From: Candidatus Sericytochromatia bacterium
Lineage (GTDB): Bacteria > Cyanobacteriota > Sericytochromatia > S15B-MN24 > UBA4093
DNA length: 64,000 nucleotides
Direction: 5' to 3'
Assembly: GCA_036676495.1 (NCBI GenBank)
Contig: JAKFCT010000031.1
Coordinates: 23,642-87,641 of the forward strand
Shown: positions 20,401-26,432 of the stretch, one piece after another
Position numbering within the stretch: position 1 is the stretch's first letter
Layout: every line of letters begins with the position of its first letter
Position numbers and translations under genes: made by a program
The notes under the pieces: model-generated
What the model was told of the DNA's origin: nothing
Databases searched by the model: none
Seen by the model: the letters and a program-made list of their open reading frames with translations, nothing else

Positions 20401-20927
20401 CGGGGGTCTATGAAGGCTACTTCATGAGCTTCTCCGGCGCCAGCTACACGGAGTGGAACGGCTACCGCTACAACGGCGGGCTTCATAACTGGTCCAACGG
20501 CGCCTACAACCTCTCCCCCATGACGACGACCCGCGAACTGGAGCTCGATCCCGGACGCTACCTCTACGTGGCCTCCCCCGAGAACGAGATCGGTGAAGGC
20601 GGCGTCCTGCGCATCAACCTCACCAACAACGAGGAGCTCTACTTGCGGCTGCGGGCCTACTCCCTCGGCCGTGACACCTCGACCGACTTGCTGTACATCG
20701 GGGCCTACGACTCGGGTATCTACCGGATGGAGCCCAGCGGCAGAACGACGCTGATCTGGACGGTTCCGGGGGGAAGGCCCTTCGGGCTCGACGTCTACAC
20801 CAATGCCGGCGCGCCCGCCAACTCCCGGGTCTGGGCGGCGGCGGAGGATTCGACCCTCTTCGAGGCGGCAATCCAGGCCGGCACGACGGCCACCCATCGC
20901 GTAGGAATGAAAGGTCCGGTCTTCTGA
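17460..20927 (+). CDS. Large lipoprotein B2 (paralog of B1), IPT/TIG + NHL repeats
   Basis: Lipobox VLAS|C; NQAGADALRLRN shared with B1; C-terminus GMKGPVF. Confidence 0.85.
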   Translation: MDMRRFLIPILLIFVLASCRMPSIVPQIPAGTVDSGAPVARPESALKVRLVRDPQIQAIFEEFTAGATIALIDTETGLTLGTSVTTPEGSFILNFGPDFNPVDGRLYYLDLFKGLQVQPDGQFNQAGADALRLRNVLCYDAATSGWTSLMNGTPSNSVDIGNKSTALSIALALKRQAGELVDFKQYLGVVPYPNDYPAAGVGTLEKSKFDQAYAAVIEAIAKDSDPLQYLVYDKITGTYFGSLVLFSLSDIFLKGTDATPVREGKIDDRVIITGAGFGPGAQFRLNGKLLSIVGSIAATRVEVQIPPGTRTGPVSIEQEGKTQFGKTFTIKADDGHRAILNGKLYVASPTWHSISEVDQNGVVKTLWDKVRDGIPELDSPRQVAVRGGMIYVTTSSYVLRFNPAQPKVRDAFAIAVTDPYGMAFDLAGNLYVTSRSAGTIIKHNAAGTPLQTFAGFNRPIAMAFNYQGRLFVVEEGGGIRRVTFTPTYANEAWGFASKPLGIAVDSAGDQFVTSNDNDVIFRISHTGFPSVFAAINKPGGLSFDDEGNLFVSDTGRNLISRLSPSGNSKVIAYGISVPRGIAVDPASPRTLYVSLGQSNAILRVTPDTGALAPFVTGIANPMSLNFRGQGMFIAHPETGTISYARTSGEMETVATGILYPGGADQQVVGGVRTGNLYAGRFGDVEGATTPRLPNFAIRALAFGDHYGLETFNNGTRVEARQWLYHQQVQSVAVDSEGNIFMVNQAEKSLTMFTKFVETTGTKYARLSRHLAGPRAANAAARFTGTPGQVVLDPLGNAYVTVPSENAVYRFNKARGYAMEKITGFANPRGIAFSDTTAPVVMFVSNAGDAGRIYRVTNADQAAVVQKDGAFAVAIDPNVEGIAYMPSGTLGTGTLYISNNNPANDPDGDPETAEYQLDKVSIAGNNASGGRVNVFKYLPRPWKYIFAHPATGMLYGYINVSFVDKINPTTLAFDNHRDGTGSGVYEGYFMSFSGASYTEWNGYRYNGGLHNWSNGAYNLSPMTTTRELELDPGRYLYVASPENEIGEGGVLRINLTNNEELYLRLRAYSLGRDTSTDLLYIGAYDSGIYRMEPSGRTTLIWTVPGGRPFGLDVYTNAGAPANSRVWAAAEDSTLFEAAIQAGTTATHRVGMKGPVF

Positions 20928-21265
20928 TGCCTGGACGGTTTACCAGCAAGCTCTCCTTGGTCGCCCTCTTCGTCGCCACCATGGCCATGGGGTGCGCCGG
21001 CAACGATGAGGATCTCTTTGGAGCCAGCGGGCGGGTGACCTCTCGTCCTACTGCGGAAGCGACGCCCACCCCGACCCCGACGCCGACCCCCACTCCGACC
21101 CCGACCCCGACGGCCACGAAGACTCCCTCCCCCACTCCCTCTCCGGAGGCCACGCCGGACGAGGAGGCCACGCCGGAGCCCCGCGAGAGCATCGTTCACC
21201 TCGAATCCCCGGGGCCTGGGTATTCCCCTCCCCCAGAAGCCAGCGGATCGCTCGACGGGAACTGA
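20927..21265 (+). CDS. Small Pro/Thr-rich lipoprotein C2
   Basis: AMG|CAGNDEDLFG plus (TP)n; start overlaps B2 stop (TGATG). Confidence 0.78.
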   Translation: MPGRFTSKLSLVALFVATMAMGCAGNDEDLFGASGRVTSRPTAEATPTPTPTPTPTPTPTPTATKTPSPTPSPEATPDEEATPEPRESIVHLESPGPGYSPPPEASGSLDGN

Positions 21266-21345
21266 GGATCGGCTAGGCCGCCGGCGGCTTCCGAACGCGG
21301 GGCGTACCCACCCGGAAACGACGTCGGCGGTGGGGCCAAGAACGA

Positions 21346-22017
21346 CTAGGGGTTGCGCAGCGCGACGCTCGTGCGCACGTAGCGCGGAGCGGATTCGGGG
21401 GTCGGCCGGATCACCAGGGTGATCTCGACCCGGCGGATCTGGCTCAGGAGGATCGTGGGCTCCCCCGCCGCCGTCAGGTACGTGAAGATCGGAACCGGGC
21501 CGTTCGTCGTCCCCTTGCCGCCTCTTAGCTGCAGCGGAATGCCGTCCGGGTTATGGTTCTGGATCAGGCGATCCGCGCTGAGGGTCATGGGCCCCTCCCC
21601 GGTGTCGAGCCCGGGGGCGCCCACCAGGCCGGCTCCCGCGTGCCCGGATCCCGACGGCAAAGCTCCCGCCCCGGCGGACGACCCTTCGATGACGAGTTGC
21701 AAGGGGCGGACCCACGGATTGGACGGATCGGCCGGCGCCTGCGAGATTTCCCGGATCGTCGCCCCGTCGTCGGAGATTGACGTGTAGCGGATCGTGCCGC
21801 TCCCCGCCAAGGTGAGGGTCTTGAGGTTGGCGAGCTCCCGGCTGACCATCGAGAGCGGGCGCATCGCCTCCTGGGGGCCCTTGGCCTCTCCGAGCACGAC
21901 GTAGACCGTCTCCTGCTGGCTCCGGAACAACATGAAGAGCCCCGCCATGAAGCTCGAGATGAGGGTCAAGGCGAGCGCCGTCTCCAGGATCGTCAGGCCC
22001 TTCTCATGCTTTCGCAT
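21346..22017 (-). CDS. Minor pilin, PilW/GspJ-like
   Basis: MRKHEKG|LTILETAL class III signal; C-terminal IRRVEITL...RTSVALRN typical of PilW/GspJ-like proteins. Confidence 0.75.
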   Translation of the reverse strand: MRKHEKGLTILETALALTLISSFMAGLFMLFRSQQETVYVVLGEAKGPQEAMRPLSMVSRELANLKTLTLAGSGTIRYTSISDDGATIREISQAPADPSNPWVRPLQLVIEGSSAGAGALPSGSGHAGAGLVGAPGLDTGEGPMTLSADRLIQNHNPDGIPLQLRGGKGTTNGPVPIFTYLTAAGEPTILLSQIRRVEITLVIRPTPESAPRYVRTSVALRNP

Positions 22018-22448
22018 CAGAGCCCTCCCTTGGCGACGGGGCCGGTGACCTTGTCGAGCTCCAGCGAGCCCGCCAGGACCTCCGGGGCCCCGGGAGCCTG
22101 ATAGGTCACCTCGATGGTGTAATCGACCTTGCGGAAGCCGTTCTGCGCGGGAGGAAGGCCGTTCCGCACGACCCGGACCGAGTAGGTCGCGCCGGCCACG
22201 CCCAGCGGAGCGAGACGGACGGTTTCCGGGGGAGGGTCGATCGGGTTCGCGCGAACCGTCTCGGCCGCATCGCGAAGCAACTGCTCGACGATCTCGGGAT
22301 GCTGAACGATCCCCGACTCCGCCGGCGAGACGCTCGCCGCCATGGTCCGGGTCAGCTGCGTGATGGCCATGACCCCCATCATCAGGACGAGGATGGAGAG
22401 CATCGCCTCCAGCAGCGAGACGCCCTTCTGCGCGCTACTTCTGTTCAT
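22017..22448 (-). CDS. Minor pilin, PilV/GspI-like
   Basis: QKG|VSLLEAMLSILVLMMGVMAI class III signal; short protein. Confidence 0.78.
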   Translation of the reverse strand: MNRSSAQKGVSLLEAMLSILVLMMGVMAITQLTRTMAASVSPAESGIVQHPEIVEQLLRDAAETVRANPIDPPPETVRLAPLGVAGATYSVRVVRNGLPPAQNGFRKVDYTIEVTYQAPGAPEVLAGSLELDKVTGPVAKGGL

Positions 22449-22911
22449 AGCGCTGAAGCACCCAGGCGGAGCCCGAGGCGACGTCGAAGCGGAGGGTTCG
22501 GGTGATCGGGCCCCAGCCGGTATTGCCTCCGACGGGCACGGCCTCGCCCGTGACCTCGTAGCGGAAGACGCCGGGGGTGACGGGATCGAGGGCCACGATC
22601 CGGTACCCGACGCGCTGCGTGACCGTGACTCCGGGGTAGGCGATCGTGCGCTCCCAGGTGGCCGGGGGCGGGATCTCCGGGATCGCGTCCCGGACGGGCT
22701 TGATGTTGTTCTGGTACATCAGCGCGTTGATCCCCTTCTCCGCCGCATAGAGCGCCTGGGCGGTCGGGTAGCCCGCGAACCGGAGTTCGGCGCCCGCGGA
22801 GGTCTGCTGGCGCAGGAACTTGGCCGCCCCGAGGCTCAGCACGGTCATACCCGTGACCAGCGCCGTGGCGATGAGCAGCGTATTGCCGCGTTCGGAGGCG
22901 TGACGTTCCAT
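22435..22911 (-). CDS. Minor pilin, PilX/GspK-like
   Basis: ERG|NTLLIA lacks Glu+5 as PilX/GspK do; QALYAAEKGI matches the PilX N-terminal A..AAE.G motif. Confidence 0.72.
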   Translation of the reverse strand: MERHASERGNTLLIATALVTGMTVLSLGAAKFLRQQTSAGAELRFAGYPTAQALYAAEKGINALMYQNNIKPVRDAIPEIPPPATWERTIAYPGVTVTQRVGYRIVALDPVTPGVFRYEVTGEAVPVGGNTGWGPITRTLRFDVASGSAWVLQRYEQK

Positions 22912-22956
22912 AGGGGCTGCATACCCGCTTGCTGGCCGCTTTATAGCTTGCCTGGC

Positions 22957-24711
22957 TTATTTGCCCCCGCGCAGGGCCTCGGTGAAGCCGCTCCAGCCCG
23001 CGGTCATGTGCGGGCCGGCCAGAGAGAAGGCTTCGGCGATCGCCTCCTGCCGCTCGGCCTTCTTCTGCTCCTTCAAGAGCTGCCCCAGCGGCTCGCCCGT
23101 CAGCTTAGAGGCCGCCGCCCCGTAGCGCTTGGCCGCCTGGGAGATCGCCTCGGGCGTCTCGGCCTGCTCGAGGGCGACGAAGGCCTCGCGCAGCGGCGTG
23201 AACTCGGCGCGCCGCTCGGGGGGCAAACTGCGCCAGATCTCGCCCATCGCCCCGCCCGCGCCGCGCAGGAAGAACTCCTTGGCGCGCGTGCGCTCCGCGT
23301 CGTCCTGCTCGAGGACCTGCTTGGAGAAGAACTCCGCGTTGGAGACGATCTGGTCCAGCGGGGTGGCCATGTTCTCGGGAGTGCCATGCAGGAACTCGGC
23401 GCTCGGCAGGAAGACGCCCATGCCGCCCAGCTGGGAGTAGTTCTGGGGTTTCATGGTGGGCAGGGCCAGCTCGTCGACTCCGAAGTGGGAGCCCACGAGG
23501 TCGTCCAAGGCCTTCGTGGCGTCCGTGAGGGCCTTTCGGATCGCTCCCGAGGGGTCTTTTAGCTTGCCGGAGGCGATCGCCCCTTCCAGGCCCTCCGAGA
23601 AGCCTTTCAGATCCCGCTGGTGTCGGTTCACCGCATCCAGGTCCTGGCCCGGCGAGAAGCGCGGAGCCCGCGCGATCACATCCTCGATGGCCTGGCGAGA
23701 CGCCGGATCCTTCAGGGCGGCCGTCAGGGCCGAGCCCAGCGCGTCGGTGGCCTTGGCCATCGCCTCGGCATGCTCCATGTCGTAGTGGCTGAGCGTGGGA
23801 GTGGCGTTCATGGGCTGGGTATCGGCGTCCGCCACCCCGTCGCGATCGACGTCGAAAGGGCGGGCCGCCTGCGAGGCCAGCGCGATCGTCCGGGTCGCAA
23901 AGGCCTCGGCGTCCATCTCGGGGTTCGCGATCAGGGCCCGGAGCATCTCCTGGGTGGGCTGCCCGTCGATGCTGCCGCCCAGGGTCATGTCGTTGGCCAG
24001 CTCCACCTCGCTGGAGGCGATCACGTGGTCGGCGACTCCGCGCATCGCGTTCACCACTTCCTGCTGGCCCATCAAGCACGCGTCGAAGTCCAGGATGTCG
24101 AGCGCGTCACGCCCGCTTCCCTTCAAGCCGCGCGAGAGCGCCGCGGAGATCTCCCCGAGGGTGGCCCCGCCGTTGTCGCCGGACATGCCGTCGATGGCAT
24201 TGCCGTGGGACTGGATGATGACTCCCATGCGCTGGCCGGGATGCTCCTTGGCCGCCCAGGCCGTGAGGCCCTCGAGATCCTTGGCGAAGCCCTCGGAGGC
24301 ATGCTTGCCCTGGACACTCACCTTGCCGTCCTTGATGACGAAGCGCTCGACCACCGGCCCGTTCTCGCCCTGGGTGACCTGCTGGGCCACGATGGTGACC
24401 GGCTTGCCTTCGGTTTCTTTGGCGAGATCCTTGAGCTGCTGGGCCTTGGGGGCGGCTCCGAACTTGTCGCTCAGCGTGGTGGTGAGGTTGACCGCCATGG
24501 TCCACTCGGGCTTCTGCTGGACGGCGGCCTTCGCGCGGGCCAGGACGTCCGAGAGGCTGGCCGAGGAGCCGGCCTTCCCCGAGAGCGAGAGCGCGTCCGT
24601 CCCGAGCGACGGCAGGGGGGCGGTCGCCGGCGCCGACGTGCGCGCGGGGCCGTTCAGGGGAGCCGTGGGGGCGGCCGTCGAGATCCGGTTGGGCTTGGGG
24701 TCGAGACGCAT
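22957..24711 (-). CDS. Clostripain (C11)-family cysteine peptidase with disordered N-terminus
   Basis: Catalytic His motif IIQSHGNA and Cys motif ILDFDACLMG, ADHVIASSE; SD ggagga; no Sec signal. Confidence 0.82.
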   Translation of the reverse strand: MRLDPKPNRISTAAPTAPLNGPARTSAPATAPLPSLGTDALSLSGKAGSSASLSDVLARAKAAVQQKPEWTMAVNLTTTLSDKFGAAPKAQQLKDLAKETEGKPVTIVAQQVTQGENGPVVERFVIKDGKVSVQGKHASEGFAKDLEGLTAWAAKEHPGQRMGVIIQSHGNAIDGMSGDNGGATLGEISAALSRGLKGSGRDALDILDFDACLMGQQEVVNAMRGVADHVIASSEVELANDMTLGGSIDGQPTQEMLRALIANPEMDAEAFATRTIALASQAARPFDVDRDGVADADTQPMNATPTLSHYDMEHAEAMAKATDALGSALTAALKDPASRQAIEDVIARAPRFSPGQDLDAVNRHQRDLKGFSEGLEGAIASGKLKDPSGAIRKALTDATKALDDLVGSHFGVDELALPTMKPQNYSQLGGMGVFLPSAEFLHGTPENMATPLDQIVSNAEFFSKQVLEQDDAERTRAKEFFLRGAGGAMGEIWRSLPPERRAEFTPLREAFVALEQAETPEAISQAAKRYGAAASKLTGEPLGQLLKEQKKAERQEAIAEAFSLAGPHMTAGWSGFTEALRGGK

Positions 24712-24794
24712 GCGAGGGTCCTCCTGGGGGCTTCATACCCGCGGAGGATTAAGCACGCGCTAAGGTCTCGTTCGCGGCGCGTTAGCGGGGCAAT

Positions 24795-24836
24795 AAAGAA
24801 ACGCCGTCCCCCAGGACTGGCCTGGGGGACGGCGTT
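24795..24836 (-). terminator. Rho-independent terminator after rplS
   Basis: 16-bp stem aacgccgtcccccagg/cctgggggacggcgtt followed by a U-rich tract on the minus strand. Confidence 0.8.
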
Positions 24837-24907
24837 AAGAAGCAAGGGGCCTCGCGTCTGGGCTCGCCAACGTGCGGCGGCGGGCCGGGTCGCGGGGCGG
24901 CGCCGCG

Positions 24908-25282
24908 CTACTTGGCGGTGCGCGCCTTCTCCTTGATGCGGGTGGCCTTGCCGGTCAGCCCGCGCAGGTAGTAGAGCTTCGCGCGGCGGACGATACCGCG
25001 GCGCAGGACCTCGATCCGGTCCAGACGGGGCGAGTGCACGAGGAAGGTGCGCTCGACGCCGACGCCCTGGAAGACGCGGCGGACGGTGAAGGTCGCGTTG
25101 ATGCCCGAGCCGCGACGCTTGATCACGACGCCCTCGTAGCCCTGGACCCGCTCCTTGCCGCCTTCGACGATCTTCACGAAGACCTTGACGGTGTCGCCGG
25201 GGTTGATGGCCGGCAGGTTCTCTTTCAGTTGGCCCTTCTCGATGCCATTGATGACATCACGGGCGATCAAACGGGTGCTCAT
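24908..25282 (-). CDS. rplS: 50S ribosomal protein L19
   Basis: PGDTVKV..KI.EG.KER.Q.YEGVVI...[16 protein letters not shown]...[10 protein letters not shown]. Confidence 0.98.
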   Translation of the reverse strand: MSTRLIARDVINGIEKGQLKENLPAINPGDTVKVFVKIVEGGKERVQGYEGVVIKRRGSGINATFTVRRVFQGVGVERTFLVHSPRLDRIEVLRRGIVRRAKLYYLRGLTGKATRIKEKARTAK

Positions 25283-25361
25283 TCCCAAATTCTCCCTACT
25301 GGTTGGATCTTGGATCTCCGGCGCTTGCCGGCCTGAAAACTAACAAAGGCAGCGATCGCGC

Positions 25362-25390
25362 ATGGTAACACAAACGACCGCTGCCCGCAA
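25362..25390 (-). promoter_or_regulatory. Sigma70-type promoter of rplS
   Basis: TTGCGG-N17-TACCAT on the minus strand. Confidence 0.55.
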
Positions 25391-25396
25391 GACTTG

Positions 25397-25426
25397 GGTT
25401 TAGGCTGTGGTTAAGCTCGGGTTAAG
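25397..25426 (-). promoter_or_regulatory. Pho-box-like triple direct repeat (11-bp period)
   Basis: Minus strand CTTAACC-cgag-CTTAACC-acag-CCTAAACC, just upstream of the rplS -35. Confidence 0.55.
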
Positions 25427-26111
25427 TCCCGAGCCGGTAACCGAAGCCCCGCACCGTCTGGATGTACTTCGGGTTGGAGGGATCCTCCTCCACCTTCTCG
25501 CGCAGCCAGCGGATGTGGACGTCCACCGTCTTGGTGTCGCCGTAGAAGTCCAGGCCCCAGACCTGCTCGAGCAGCTCCTCGCGCGAGAAGACGCGGCCGG
25601 GAGCGCCCATCAGCATGGCCAGGATCTTGAACTCCTTGGGGGAAAGCTCGACTTCCCGCTCGTCCACCATCACGCGGTGCTCCGAGAGGTTGAGCATGAT
25701 GTTGCCGTGCTGGTAGACCTTCGCCTTCTGATCGGTCTCGGTCGGCTTGGAACGACGCAGGAGGGCCTTGATGCGGGCTACCAGCTCACGGAGGCTGAAG
25801 GGCTTGATCAGGTAATCGTCGGCGCCGACCTCCAGGCCGATCACCCGGTCGATCTCCTCACCCTTCGCCGTCAGCATGATGATGGGGATATCGTTCTGCT
25901 CCCGGCGCAGCAGGCGGCAGACTTCCAGGCCGGAGAGCTTCGGAAGCATCAGGTCCAGCACGATCAAGTTGGGCTTGGCCAGCTGAACCTGCTGCAAGGC
26001 CTCCTGACCGTCGTGCGCTTTGACGACTTCGTAGCCTTCCTGAGCCAGCGCGAACTCGATCGATTCAACGATCATTTCTTCGTCGTCGACGAGCAGAATC
26101 TTCTCGGCCAT
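25422..26111 (-). CDS. OmpR/PhoB-family response regulator, SphR/PhoP-like
   Basis: Receiver (LVDDE, LDLMLP, KPF) plus winged helix; GDTKTVDVHIRWLREK.E.DPS.P.YI.TVRGFGYR resembles cyanobacterial SphR; SD aggag before ATG 26111. Confidence 0.92.
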   Translation of the reverse strand: MAEKILLVDDEEMIVESIEFALAQEGYEVVKAHDGQEALQQVQLAKPNLIVLDLMLPKLSGLEVCRLLRREQNDIPIIMLTAKGEEIDRVIGLEVGADDYLIKPFSLRELVARIKALLRRSKPTETDQKAKVYQHGNIMLNLSEHRVMVDEREVELSPKEFKILAMLMGAPGRVFSREELLEQVWGLDFYGDTKTVDVHIRWLREKVEEDPSNPKYIQTVRGFGYRLGT

Positions 26112-26263
26112 GGGGACTCCTTCTACAAACGGTAGTTCAAAAGGGGCAAACACCCGTCCGTGTTATTTTACCCCGACTTCGGCAACTTCTTAACCTTGAT
26201 TGTACTCGGGATCCCGCTTTCTTAAAATGCTTAGGGTTATGTTAGCCTGGAATCTTCACTTTT

Positions 26264-26405
26264 TTGTCCCCCCTCGATGGGGGGACCTCGGCGAAGCCGA
26301 GAGGGGGGGGTTGGCCGGCGAAGCCAAGGCGTTCCTCGTTACAAGGAACCTGGGAGCAGTGACACCCCCCTCGGCTTCGCCGGTCCCCCCATCGAGGGGG
26401 GACAA
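26264..26405. repeat. Palindromic intergenic repeat (REP/MITE-like), copy 1
   Basis: Terminal inverted repeats ttgtcccccctcgatggggggac / gtccccccatcgaggggggacaa with internal hairpins; related element at 33142-33239. Confidence 0.75.
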
Positions 26406-26432
26406 TATTCGGAACGCCCCCTGTGGGAGCGA

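Noticed and set aside
16164-20897. Very long antisense or alternative-frame ORFs (also 6089-9085, 26277-29447, 47690-50578 and others)
   Set aside because: Shadow ORFs caused by high GC3 codon bias opposite genuine genes; no motifs, Arg/Gly-rich composition
6059-20927. NHL lipoproteins as DGR targets, RHS/teneurin toxins or true PilY1
   Set aside because: No reverse transcriptase or template repeat, no YD repeats, and no vWA or PilY1 calcium-loop motif recognised
26189-26246. Autoregulatory Pho box upstream of the response regulator
   Set aside because: Only one good CTTAACCT (opposite orientation) plus degenerate units; too weak to call
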